Positions 8,297 to 17,932 are shown, numbered from the stretch's first letter. The stretch is DNA of 64,000 nucleotides from Chloroflexi bacterium 13_1_40CM_65_17 (GCA_001917815.1 MNES01000084.1:12825-76824), one strand, 5' to 3'. The notes: a model not told the origin generated them from the letters alone. Numbers and translations: made by a program.

Positions 8297-8356
8297 CAGT
8301 AATGACAGTTTAGATACACCCGCCTTGCGCACTCTTGAATCGGCAGGCGGCGGGCG

Positions 8357-9427
8357 CTATTCCGAATAGCGCCTCTTGACGCGCGGACCGATCGCGGTCA
8401 GCACCTCGTAGGAGATGGTGCCCGACCAGCCGGCAACATCTTCCGCGGTGATCCGCGCGTCGCCGTCCGACCCAATAACGGTGACCACATCCCCCACCTC
8501 GACACCAGGCACGACGGTGACGTCGATGGTGATCGCGTCCATGCTGACGGCGCCGATGAGCGGTGCCTGCTGACCCCGCACGAGCACGTGGCCGCGGTTC
8601 GCCCGGGCGCGAAACACGCCATCCGCATAGCCGATGGCGACCGTCGCGACGCGCGAGCGGACCGGCGCCGCCCAGATGGCGCCGTAGCCCACGGTATCCC
8701 CGGCGGCGACCGTCTTCACATGCGTGACAACCGAGCGCAAGGCCATGGCCGGGCTGGTGCCCGGCCACTCGCAGCCAATGAGCGCGATGCCCGCCCGCAC
8801 CGCGTCAAGCGCCATCTCCGGGTACCTCAGGGCGGCGGCCGAGTTGCAGGCGTGTCGCAACCCTGGATCAACTCCGAGCCCGGCCAGGGTTTCGAGAAAG
8901 CGATCGAACTGCACGCGCGTCATCACCTCGTCCGTGCCGGCCGACGCGAAATGGGTCCACGTGCCGGCCAACCGGAGGCCGGGCGACTCGTCTATGAGCC
9001 GAGCCAGCGATGCCGCTTCGTCGGGCACGGCGCCGAAGCGGCCCATGCCGGTGTCGATCTTGAGGTGGACCGGCACCACCTCGTCGCCATCGCCCAGGGC
9101 TCGCGCCAGATCGAAGCTCGAAACGCCGATGCTGAAGCCGCCAGCGACGGCCGCGGGCGCCTGGGCGGGGATGAGCCCGCCCATCACGAGGATGCGTTCC
9201 GCGTGCACCAGCCCGGTCAGCTCGCGCGCCTCCTCGAGCGTGGCCACCGCCAGCCACGTCGCTCCGCCGCGGATTGCCGCCCGTGCCACCGGCACCGCTC
9301 CATGCCCGTATCCGTTCGCCTTCACGACCGCCATCAGCCTCGTTCCCTTCGGCAGATGCGCGAGGATGCGGGCGGTGTTGTCGCGTACGGCGCGTAGGTC
9401 GATGTCCGCCCAGCGCAGAGTGGTCAG
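8357..9427 (-). CDS. alr: alanine racemase
   Basis: PLP motif AVVKANGYGHG. The conserved N-terminus TLRWADIDLRAV precedes the track start. The first codon after the in-frame TAG of the upstream gene is CTG. Confidence 0.85.
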   Translation of the reverse strand: MTTLRWADIDLRAVRDNTARILAHLPKGTRLMAVVKANGYGHGAVPVARAAIRGGATWLAVATLEEARELTGLVHAERILVMGGLIPAQAPAAVAGGFSIGVSSFDLARALGDGDEVVPVHLKIDTGMGRFGAVPDEAASLARLIDESPGLRLAGTWTHFASAGTDEVMTRVQFDRFLETLAGLGVDPGLRHACNSAAALRYPEMALDAVRAGIALIGCEWPGTSPAMALRSVVTHVKTVAAGDTVGYGAIWAAPVRSRVATVAIGYADGVFRARANRGHVLVRGQQAPLIGAVSMDAITIDVTVVPGVEVGDVVTVIGSDGDARITAEDVAGWSGTISYEVLTAIGPRVKRRYSE

Positions 9428-10657
9428 CTAGAGACCGCCCTGGCGCAGCAGGTGCATCACGAGTGGGATTTCAGGGAGCAGGTCGCTGGCCAGCAGTCCC
9501 GAATCGCCGAGGCGCTGCGAGATCCTGCGGCCCGCCGCGGCGTGGATATAGACGCCGCTGACGGCGGCGGTGAAGGGATCCGAGCCCTGAGCCATGAGGG
9601 CGGCGATCACTCCCGACAGGACGTCACCCGTGCCGCCGGTGGCGAGTGCGGGGACCTCATGGGGATCCTCGCTCAGGCGGCCGTCAGGGTGCGCGACCAC
9701 CGTGTGCGCGCCCTTGAGGACGACGACGGTACCCCACTCCTTGGCTGCCTTGCGCGCTGTCCCGGCGCGGTCTGCGTTGACAGCGTCGGCGGTCTTGCCG
9801 GTCAGCCGGGCCATCTCGCCCGGGTGTGGTGTAAGAACCCGATTGTTGCCCAGGCGCGTTTTCTTGCGGGCGGAGTCGGCCAGTGCGTTCAGTGCGTCGG
9901 CATCGAGCACGAGCGGGCAATCGGCATGCAGCGCAAGGTCGAGGATGAGCCGCCAGGTCGAGCGGTCGCGGCCCAGGCCGGGGCCGATGACGCCCGCCTC
10001 GGCGCTCGACAGCTGCCGCAGCACCGAGTCGTACGCGGCGTGGCCGACCGCCCCCGGCGCCACCTCCGGCACCGGCGTAGCCATGACCTCGGTGCATTTG
10101 GCGGCAAGGATGGGATAGATCGTGTCGGCGACCAGCAGCCGAACCAGGCCCGCGCCGCTGCGTGCGGCGCCGGTCGCGGCGAGATACGCGGCGCCGGTGA
10201 AGCCGAGGCTCCCCGCGAGCACGACCACCGTCCCAAACGTGCCCTTGTGGGCGTCTTTCGGGCGCCGGGGGAGCATGACTGATTCCGGGGCGGGAAGCAG
10301 GCTGTCCGCCACGTCCGGCATCTCCAGATGCGAGGTCGCGACGGCGAGCCGGCTGTGGTGGGTGATGCTGACCTCCACCCGGGCTCCGCGATCGTCGCCG
10401 AGAAGCCTCACGCGGGGCGCGCCGCTCGGGCCGGGCAGGACCTCGATGCGCCGGCGGGGAAAGCAGATGCCCGTGCCGTCGAAGCACTTGATCACCGCTT
10501 CCTTGGCCGCCCAGCGCCCGGCCAGGCGCTCGGAGCTGCCGGCGCAATAGGCGAGCTCGGCGGGGGTGTAGACCTTGTTCAGAAACCCTGGGCCGGACCG
10601 CTTGACCGCAAGCGCAATCCGGTCCACCGACACCGCGTCGACGCCGATCCGCTGCAC
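9428..10657 (-). CDS. fusion of holo-ACP synthase (AcpS) with ADP-dependent NAD(P)H-hydrate dehydratase
   Basis: N-terminal ~110 aa look like AcpS (IGVDAVSVDRI, WAAKEAVIKC). The C-terminal ~290 aa look like YjeF_C (GTFGTVVVLAGS, ATGGTGDVLSG). Confidence 0.8.
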   Translation of the reverse strand: MQRIGVDAVSVDRIALAVKRSGPGFLNKVYTPAELAYCAGSSERLAGRWAAKEAVIKCFDGTGICFPRRRIEVLPGPSGAPRVRLLGDDRGARVEVSITHHSRLAVATSHLEMPDVADSLLPAPESVMLPRRPKDAHKGTFGTVVVLAGSLGFTGAAYLAATGAARSGAGLVRLLVADTIYPILAAKCTEVMATPVPEVAPGAVGHAAYDSVLRQLSSAEAGVIGPGLGRDRSTWRLILDLALHADCPLVLDADALNALADSARKKTRLGNNRVLTPHPGEMARLTGKTADAVNADRAGTARKAAKEWGTVVVLKGAHTVVAHPDGRLSEDPHEVPALATGGTGDVLSGVIAALMAQGSDPFTAAVSGVYIHAAAGRRISQRLGDSGLLASDLLPEIPLVMHLLRQGGL

Positions 10658-10673
10658 GAACCCATTTTCGTAC

Positions 10674-12515
10674 CTATTCGACAGTGACTGATTTCGCCAG
10701 GTTGCGCGGCTGGTCGACGTCCTGCCCCAGCTTGATCGCGACGTGGTACGCGAACAGCTGCAGCATGACGGTGTTCAGAATCGCGGATGCGACTTCCTCG
10801 ACGGCCGGCATCTCGAACACGTCCATGGCAACATCGTCGAGCGAGCGGTCACCCTTCGTGATGAGCGCCAGAACCGGGGCGTTGCGTGCCACGATCTCAT
10901 GCACGTTGCTCACCATCTTGTCCTTGGTCGGGCTCGCAGTGCAGATCGCCACCACCGGGAACTCCTTGTCGAGCAGCGCGATCGGGCCGTGCTTCAGCTC
11001 GCCGCCCGTGGTCCCCTCAGCGTGCACGTAGGAGATCTCCTTCAGCTTCAGAGCGCCTTCGAGCGCAACCGGGTAGCCCAGGCCGCGACCGAAGTACATG
11101 AAGTTGCGATAGCGGCTGTAGCGGTGGGCGATCTTCGCGATCTCCTTCTCGCGATCTATCAGCTCACGGACCTGATCTGGGAGGGCCCTGAGCGCTGTGA
11201 CGAGCTCACGCCTTCGCTCGAGCGAGACGCGACCATTCACTGTGGCCAGACGAAGGCTGAGCAGGCCGAGGCTGACCATGTGGGCGGTCAGCGTCTTCGT
11301 CGACGCAACTCCGATCTCGGGTCCCGCGTGCAGGTAGATGGCGCCATCAGCGTCGCGCGCCGCCGAGCTGGCAAACACGTTCGTGACCGCAACCGTGAGA
11401 GCTCCGCGCTCCTTGGCTCGATGGAGGCCGACTAGCGTGTCGGCCGTCTCCCCGGATTGAGTGAGCACGACAGCCAGGGTCTTCGGGCCGAAGGTCGGAC
11501 GGCGGTAGCGGAACTCGGACGCATCCTGCGCGCGTGCCGGGATGCCGGCCCAGTCCTCGATCAGGAACTCGCCCACCATGGCCGCGTGCCGCGACGTGCC
11601 CATGCCAAGCAGGAGGACTTCCTCGTAGCCCTTCAGCTTCTTGTCTTCGACGTCGAACTCGCGGAAGGAGACGATGCCATCGTCTGTCAGCCGCCCGCGC
11701 ATTGCGTTGGCGACCGCCTCGGGCGTGTCGTGTATCTCCTTGAGCATGAAGTGTGCAAAGCCGCCTTTCTGAGCCTGGCTCACGTCCCAGTCGACATGCA
11801 CGAGCTTCGGTTTGACCGTGGTCCCGTCCAGTGTGGAAACCTCCGCGCCGAGCGGCGTCACAGCGGCAACCTCTCCTTCCCCAAGGATCAGCACCCGTTT
11901 CGTGTAAGGGATGATCGCGGTGATGTCGGACGCCACGTAGTACTCGTGTTCCCCGAGGCCGACGACGAGCGGCGCGTTCAGCCGCGCGCCGACGAGGAGC
12001 TCGGGATCGTCGGTCGAGAACATCGCGAGCGCATACGCGCCACGAATCCGCTTCAGCGCTGCGCGGACCGCGGCGAGGAAGTCGCCCTTGTAGTTGGCCT
12101 CGATGAGATGAGGTACGACCTCGGTGTCGGTGTCGGAGGTGAACTCGTGGCCCGCCGCCTCGAGCTCCTTCTTGAGCTCGGCGAAGTTCTCGATGATGCC
12201 GTTGTGGACGACGTAGATCCGGTTCGTGCAGTCGGTGTGAGGGTGGGCGTTGACGTAGGTCGGCTTCCCGTGGGTCGCCCAGCGCGTGTGGCCGATGCCC
12301 AGCTTGCCGGTAGGCATGTTGGCCTGGAGCTTCTCGATCAGGACGTCGACCTTGCTCTCGGACTTGGTGACGCTGGTGTGGCGGTCGGCGCGCTGATGGC
12401 CCTCGAGCACGGCCACGCCGGCTGAGTCGTAGCCCCGGTACTCCAGGCGCTTGAGGCTCTCCATCAAGATCGGGGTGGCTTCGCGGTCGCCGAGGTAGCC
12501 GATGATCCCGCACAT
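10674..12515 (-). CDS. glmS: glutamine--fructose-6-phosphate aminotransferase
   Basis: 613 aa with MCGIIGY N-terminus, two SIS domains and a C-terminal KSVTVE. Confidence 0.97.
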   Translation of the reverse strand: MCGIIGYLGDREATPILMESLKRLEYRGYDSAGVAVLEGHQRADRHTSVTKSESKVDVLIEKLQANMPTGKLGIGHTRWATHGKPTYVNAHPHTDCTNRIYVVHNGIIENFAELKKELEAAGHEFTSDTDTEVVPHLIEANYKGDFLAAVRAALKRIRGAYALAMFSTDDPELLVGARLNAPLVVGLGEHEYYVASDITAIIPYTKRVLILGEGEVAAVTPLGAEVSTLDGTTVKPKLVHVDWDVSQAQKGGFAHFMLKEIHDTPEAVANAMRGRLTDDGIVSFREFDVEDKKLKGYEEVLLLGMGTSRHAAMVGEFLIEDWAGIPARAQDASEFRYRRPTFGPKTLAVVLTQSGETADTLVGLHRAKERGALTVAVTNVFASSAARDADGAIYLHAGPEIGVASTKTLTAHMVSLGLLSLRLATVNGRVSLERRRELVTALRALPDQVRELIDREKEIAKIAHRYSRYRNFMYFGRGLGYPVALEGALKLKEISYVHAEGTTGGELKHGPIALLDKEFPVVAICTASPTKDKMVSNVHEIVARNAPVLALITKGDRSLDDVAMDVFEMPAVEEVASAILNTVMLQLFAYHVAIKLGQDVDQPRNLAKSVTVE

Positions 12516-12601
12516 TTCTACTAAGTAACTCCTAGCCCGGGCTCTTTAGACGGTGCTTGAACGTGTCGGGCAGGCCCCAGGTTACACGGGCGCATTGGTG
12601 G

Positions 12602-13573
12602 TTAAGGAGACGGGGTGGTGCAGTTCGGGTTCTGGGAGATCGAATAGGTCACCCTGGCCTTGGCCACCGAACCCGTAACCCCCGATGGGAACGGGATCGT
12701 GGTGGTGGCTGTGTAATCCGATGTTTTCCCGCTCAGGTCGACTGCCGGCAGCGCGATCCTCGTGACGGTCGCCAGGGCGTCAGGCGCGCCGGTGAGGACG
12801 ACCGAGATCGGGTCCACGGCGATGTTCGTGACGCGATAACAGTTGGGCGGGGGGTTGGACGGCGCCGAGTCGACCAGGGCCACCTGGCGGCTGGTCGTCC
12901 CGGACTTCGCCTCGATGTGGATGTTGACCGTGGTGAAGTCCAGGCTCGCCGAGGGCTGCGTACCTGATACGAGCTTGTCGAGGTCGAGCGGAGTCCCGTT
13001 CTGCTCCAGCACGACCTTCTGGCTCGGGAAGTCATAGGAGCCATCGACCGGCACCGGGAAGTCCGCGTACGCCTTCAGGTTGGTCTCGCGGCTGACCGGG
13101 CCGTCAAACGAGACGGAACACGGCGCGTCCGGGCAGCGCGCCTCCATCTTGGTGACCTGCCAGCCCGGAGCCGTTCCTTTAGGCGTGCGAACCACGACCG
13201 AGAGCTTGACCACCGCGCGCTGGTCGATGTTGAGCACGACGGGCGTGGTCTGAACCGAGATTCCAGGCACGACGGTCTTCGGCACCAGGTTCACCCTCAC
13301 GCCGGTCCCCGGATTGACCTTGGTGATGTCGGCGGTCGTCAGCACGTTGCTGGAGTTGGCGGCGCTGACCAGATCTGCGAGACCGGAAACAGTCACTGTC
13401 GTTCTGGTCGGGGGATTGACCAGGATCAACCCCGAAGGCACTGTGTAGGCGATTCCCACCTGCATCGTCCGCGACGTCGGGGGGTTCTGCGAGAAGGCGA
13501 CCGCGCCCAGCATCAGCACCGCCAGCCCGAAGGCCAGCAGCTTCAGCCTCCAATCGTCGGTGATCCAGCTCAC
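12602..13573 (-). CDS. cdaR: YbbR-domain protein, CdaA regulator
   Basis: N-terminal TM helix followed by repeated beta-rich YbbR-like modules. GTGA overlap with cdaA. Confidence 0.7.
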   Translation of the reverse strand: MSWITDDWRLKLLAFGLAVLMLGAVAFSQNPPTSRTMQVGIAYTVPSGLILVNPPTRTTVTVSGLADLVSAANSSNVLTTADITKVNPGTGVRVNLVPKTVVPGISVQTTPVVLNIDQRAVVKLSVVVRTPKGTAPGWQVTKMEARCPDAPCSVSFDGPVSRETNLKAYADFPVPVDGSYDFPSQKVVLEQNGTPLDLDKLVSGTQPSASLDFTTVNIHIEAKSGTTSRQVALVDSAPSNPPPNCYRVTNIAVDPISVVLTGAPDALATVTRIALPAVDLSGKTSDYTATTTIPFPSGVTGSVAKARVTYSISQNPNCTTPSP

Positions 13574-14466
13574 GACTCCTGTCCCTTGTCTCCTTTTCTG
13601 ATTTTCTCGCGCTCCCCTGCGCTGCCGTTCGATCTTCCGTTGAGGAAGCCCAACAGGCTGCTGGCACGAGCCAGGCGCGCGGGCACTCTGACGCTGACGC
13701 GACGGCGAAGGCCGTCGGGGTCGAGGTTGCGGGTGATCTTGCCTTCCTCGATGACGGAGATGGCGCCGGTCTCCTCTGAGACTACGAGGACGAGGGCGTC
13801 AGATGCCAGAGACAACCCGAGGGCGGCGCGGTGGCGGGTGCCCACCCGCTCGCGGACCAGGCCTTCCTCAGGCAGGGGCAGCAGGCAGCCGGCCGCGAGG
13901 ATCTGGTTTCCGCGCACGATCACGGCGCCGTCGTGGAGGGGAGAGTTGGGGTAGAAGATCGACTGCAGGACCTCCGCCGAGATCTCGCCGTTGATCCGAA
14001 CCCCGGTCGCCGCATAGTCCTCGAGCCCGACGTCGCGCTCGAATGCGATAAGCGCCCCTGTCCGTTTGGCGCTCAGGCGCTCAGCGGCCCGGATCGTCTC
14101 CGAGATCGCCTGGCTGTACTCGGGCGTGCTGAACGCCGAAAGGGGATGACCGAGATGACTTAGCCTGCCCAGCTGGTCGAGGGCGCGCCTCAGCTCCGGC
14201 TGGAACATCACGATGATCGCGATGACGAGGTAAGGCGCTCCGTTCTTGAACAGCCACGACAGGAGGACGAGATTGAAGGTGCTCGACAGGACGCCGATCA
14301 CGGTCAGCACGACGAGTCCCACCAGGATCTGCGTGCCCTGGGTGCCACGCAGGAGGCGGAGGACGTAGTAGAGGACGATCGATATGACCGCCACGTCGAT
14401 GACCTCGACCCAGCCGAGGTGTCGGACCACCTCCTGGAACTGGACCACGAACTCCCGTCCGGGCAT
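13570..14466 (-). CDS. cdaA: diadenylate cyclase CdaA (DisA_N domain)
   Basis: Three N-terminal TM helices. DAC motifs TGALIAFERD, HDGAVIV and GTRHRAALG. Confidence 0.9.
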   Translation of the reverse strand: MPGREFVVQFQEVVRHLGWVEVIDVAVISIVLYYVLRLLRGTQGTQILVGLVVLTVIGVLSSTFNLVLLSWLFKNGAPYLVIAIIVMFQPELRRALDQLGRLSHLGHPLSAFSTPEYSQAISETIRAAERLSAKRTGALIAFERDVGLEDYAATGVRINGEISAEVLQSIFYPNSPLHDGAVIVRGNQILAAGCLLPLPEEGLVRERVGTRHRAALGLSLASDALVLVVSEETGAISVIEEGKITRNLDPDGLRRRVSVRVPARLARASSLLGFLNGRSNGSAGEREKIRKGDKGQES

Positions 14467-14469
14467 CGG

Positions 14470-15402
14470 CTACTTCTCTGTTCCCATGATCTCTGCCATC
14501 AGCGCCATCTGTGCGTAGAGCCGGTTGCCGGCCTGGTCGAAGACGATCGACCGCGGCCCGTCGATGACCTCGTCGGTCACCTCCTCACCACGATGGGCGG
14601 GCAGGCAGTGCAGGAATACTGCGCCCTTCGCGGCGTCCATGAGCCTTTGATTGACCTGATAAGGGGCGAACACCCGTCGTCGGGCCGCAGTCTGATCTTC
14701 CTGTCCCATGGATGTCCAGACGTCGGTGTAGACGGCGGTCGCGCCGTCGAGGGCAGAGACGTCGTTGGAGACGAGCACCTGGGATGTACCCGATCCGATG
14801 GCCTTGGCCCGCTCCAGGACCTGGTTCGCGGGCTCATACCCGGGCGGCGATATCACTGTCAAGCGGAACCCGAGCAGAGCTGACGCTTCGATGAGCGATG
14901 TCGCGATGTTGTTGCCGTCGCCGACATAAACGATTTGCTGCTCGCCGAGCGGGCCGCACGCCTCCTCTAGCGTCATGAGGTCGGCGAGGATCTGACAAGG
15001 GTGCGAGCGATCCGTGAGGGCATTGATGACCGGCTTCTTGGCGGCGCCCGCGAGCTGAACCAGGTCCGCGTGGCTGCGCATTCGGGCGACGATCAGGTCC
15101 ACGTAGCGGTCGAGAACTCGGGCCGCATCGGCGATTGACTCGCGCCGGCCGAGCTGGACATCGTGCTCGCCCAGGCTCGTGGTCGTCCCGCCAAGCCTGG
15201 CGATGCCGACCTCGAACGACACCCGCGTGCGGTGCGACGGCTTCTGGAAGAGCATCGCGACGTGACGGCCCTCGAGCGGGCGCTCAGCCCACCGGCCGGC
15301 CTTGATGGCGTGGGCATGCACCAACACCGACCTCAGCTCGGCCGGATCGAGATCGCCGACGTCGAGGAAGTCCCTTCCCCTCAGAGACACTGCAGGGATC
15401 AT
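14470..15402 (-). CDS. argF: ornithine carbamoyltransferase
   Basis: 310 aa with SHRTRVSFE, DRYVD and HCLPAHRGEEV motifs. Confidence 0.8.
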   Translation of the reverse strand: MIPAVSLRGRDFLDVGDLDPAELRSVLVHAHAIKAGRWAERPLEGRHVAMLFQKPSHRTRVSFEVGIARLGGTTTSLGEHDVQLGRRESIADAARVLDRYVDLIVARMRSHADLVQLAGAAKKPVINALTDRSHPCQILADLMTLEEACGPLGEQQIVYVGDGNNIATSLIEASALLGFRLTVISPPGYEPANQVLERAKAIGSGTSQVLVSNDVSALDGATAVYTDVWTSMGQEDQTAARRRVFAPYQVNQRLMDAAKGAVFLHCLPAHRGEEVTDEVIDGPRSIVFDQAGNRLYAQMALMAEIMGTEK

Positions 15403-15437
15403 GATGCCCCGATGGAACGCCGGCGCGTCATAAGACC

Positions 15438-15974
15438 CTACAGGCGTGGTCTGGTCAGCTCTCCGGAGACGATCGGGGCCACCGTGAGATCCCGGGCAGA
15501 GTCAAACTCGGGCAGGCGGGACCGAAGCCGGTCGTCGTCCCTCAGGCGCAGGATGAGGTCGCGGCAGGCGGCGGGCTCGAGCCCGAATTGGGCCGGCTTG
15601 AAGCCGAACGGTGGTTCATTGCTAAACCTGATCGTCAGGCGGTCCGTGACCCTCACCCTGGGCCACGAGTCGGGGTCGGAGAGGGTCACCGATTCCATGA
15701 GCTCCCACATCGCGCGCATCTCGTGCCGGCCCTGGACCACGACGATCCGGTCGCGGAAGAAGCCGAGCTTGCTCGAGGGCCAGCTGCGAAGCTGGACTGC
15801 GGCCCAGGTCAAGGCCAGCATCGCACCCAGCGCACCGGCCCCGAGGGGAAGCCCCGCCATCCAGCCTTCCGCCAGGCGGGTGGCGAGCAAGGCGAGGACG
15901 CAGAAAACGACGACGCAAAGAAGACTCAAAACACCCAGCGTCACGATCGAGCGCCTCGACCGTACGTAGATCAT
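15438..15974 (-). CDS. hypothetical membrane protein (two TM helices plus soluble domain)
   Basis: ORF with good third-position GC. The ATG at 15974 is preferred over the track start. No family recognised. Confidence 0.5.
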   Translation of the reverse strand: MIYVRSRRSIVTLGVLSLLCVVVFCVLALLATRLAEGWMAGLPLGAGALGAMLALTWAAVQLRSWPSSKLGFFRDRIVVVQGRHEMRAMWELMESVTLSDPDSWPRVRVTDRLTIRFSNEPPFGFKPAQFGLEPAACRDLILRLRDDDRLRSRLPEFDSARDLTVAPIVSGELTRPRL

Positions 15975-16048
15975 CGAGCGACCCCCACTGAGGGATAGTG
16001 TATGTCCGCCGGGCGCGCCTGGCGCCGGCACCTGGAAGGAGTGACTAG

Positions 16049-17932
16049 ATGGACGTAATCGCCGAACGATCCGACATCGACAAGGCGGTCTCGGGCAAGA
16101 CCATCCCCACGATCTTCGCGGACGCCGAGCGCCGGTGGGGCGATCGGCCCGCGCTGCGCTGGAAGAACAACGGCGACTGGGAGACGCTCACGTGGCATGG
16201 CTATCGCGAGCAGGTGGCGGCGGTCACGCTCGCGCTCCGCGAGCTCGGCTTCGGCCCTGACCAATTCGCCCTGATCATGGCGCGCAACGTACCCGAGCAC
16301 ATGATCGCGGACCTCGGGATCGTGCATGCCGGCGGCGCCGCGATCAGCGTGTACAACACGCTCGCGCCTGAGCAGATCGAGTATGTCGCCAACCATTCAG
16401 GGGCGACAGTGGCCTTCGTCGAGAACGAGGCGTTCCTGGCGAAGATTCTTGCGATCCGATCGTCAACGCCGGCACTTCGGCACCTCGTTTTGATTCACGG
16501 CGAGCCTCCGGAGGGCGTGCTGTCGTGGGACGACCTGGTCGCTTCGGGCCGCGAGGCGTATGCCCGCGACCCGTCCGCGTTCGAGCGGTCGTGGCGAGGA
16601 GTCGGGCCGGAAGACACCGTGAGCCTGATCTACACGTCGGGAACCACCGGACCCCCGAAGGGCGTGACGTACTCCCACTACAACATCGTATGGACGCTGG
16701 AAGCGACCCAGAGGCGGCTCACGTATGTCGACGAAACGTTCCTGAGCTATTTGCCGCTGGCGCACGTCGCTGAGCGGTTTACCTCGCAATGGGGCGGCAT
16801 CTATCTCGGCCACGAGGTGTACCTGTGCCCAGACCCGGCGCAGCTGCTGCCCTATTTGCTCGCGGCACGGCCGACGGTATTCGTCGGCGTGCCGAGGGTA
16901 TGGGAGAAGCTGATGTCGGGGATCCAGGCAGGGATCGAGGCGGAAGCGGACGAGGCGAAGCGCGGGATGGCCCGCGGAGCATTGGCGGCTGCACAGCAGG
17001 CGTACATGCTGCGGCGCGACGGCCGGCCCGTGCCGGATGAGATCGCCTCGGTGGCCGAGCGTGCCCAGCCCTTGTTTGTTCTCTTGCGATCGAAGGTCGG
17101 GCTCGACCGCTGCCATACCGCCATCACCAGCACGGCGCCATGCCGCCCTGAGGTGCATGAGTTCTGGGCCGCGCTCGGGATGCCGCTGTACGAGGTCTGG
17201 GGCATGAGCGAGCTGACCGGGCCCGCCACTGCGGTCCCGCCAGGCGACCACAAGGCGCCCTCGATTGGAAAGGCACTGCCGGGTGTCGAGGTGCGCCTGG
17301 GCGACGACGGGGAGCTGCTCGTGCGCGGCGGCAACGTGATGGTCGGCTATTACCGCGATCCCGCCAAGACGGCCGATGCGATCGACGAAGACGGGTGGGT
17401 GCACAGCGGCGACATTGCTGTGCAAGGCCCAGATGGCCACTTTCGCATAGTCGATCGAAAGAAGGAGCTGATCATCACTTCGGCGGGCAAGAACATCTCG
17501 CCCGCCAACCTGGAGTCACTCGCGAAGTCGAGCCCGATCATCGGCCAGGCGGTTGCGATCGGCGACGGTCGCAAGTTCATCTCGGTGCTGGTCGTGCTGG
17601 ATCCACAGGTCGCGCCACTGTGGGCCAAGGCGCAGGGGATCGACGCCCCGTCGATGGCATCGCTCGTCGACCACCCCGCGACCATCGCCGAGGTGCGGCG
17701 TGCCCTCACCCTGGCCAACACGCATCTTTCGCGTGTTGAGCAGTTCAAGCGGTTCACGATCTTGCCCAATGAGTGGTCGCCCGAATCGGAGGAGCTCACG
17801 CCGACCATGAAGCTCAAGCGTCGCGTGATCGAGTCGAAGTACAACACGGAGATCGAGGCGATGTATGGGGACCCGCCGGGCGGTCATTCGGTCGACCCCG
17901 AGTACGCGGGCCACGGCTCCGCCGAGGAGTAA
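16049..17932 (+). CDS. AMP-dependent long-chain acyl-CoA synthetase/ligase
   Basis: 627 aa with AMP-binding motif LIYTSGTTGPPKGV and GWVHSGD. SD GGAAGGAG upstream. Confidence 0.9.
   Translation: MDVIAERSDIDKAVSGKTIPTIFADAERRWGDRPALRWKNNGDWETLTWHGYREQVAAVTLALRELGFGPDQFALIMARNVPEHMIADLGIVHAGGAAISVYNTLAPEQIEYVANHSGATVAFVENEAFLAKILAIRSSTPALRHLVLIHGEPPEGVLSWDDLVASGREAYARDPSAFERSWRGVGPEDTVSLIYTSGTTGPPKGVTYSHYNIVWTLEATQRRLTYVDETFLSYLPLAHVAERFTSQWGGIYLGHEVYLCPDPAQLLPYLLAARPTVFVGVPRVWEKLMSGIQAGIEAEADEAKRGMARGALAAAQQAYMLRRDGRPVPDEIASVAERAQPLFVLLRSKVGLDRCHTAITSTAPCRPEVHEFWAALGMPLYEVWGMSELTGPATAVPPGDHKAPSIGKALPGVEVRLGDDGELLVRGGNVMVGYYRDPAKTADAIDEDGWVHSGDIAVQGPDGHFRIVDRKKELIITSAGKNISPANLESLAKSSPIIGQAVAIGDGRKFISVLVVLDPQVAPLWAKAQGIDAPSMASLVDHPATIAEVRRALTLANTHLSRVEQFKRFTILPNEWSPESEELTPTMKLKRRVIESKYNTEIEAMYGDPPGGHSVDPEYAGHGSAEE

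Noticed and set aside
12516-12601. Possible glmS ribozyme upstream of glmS
   Set aside because: The 86-nt spacer is far shorter than the ribozyme, and I see none of its conserved core. Only an AGGAG SD and a short GC palindrome are present.
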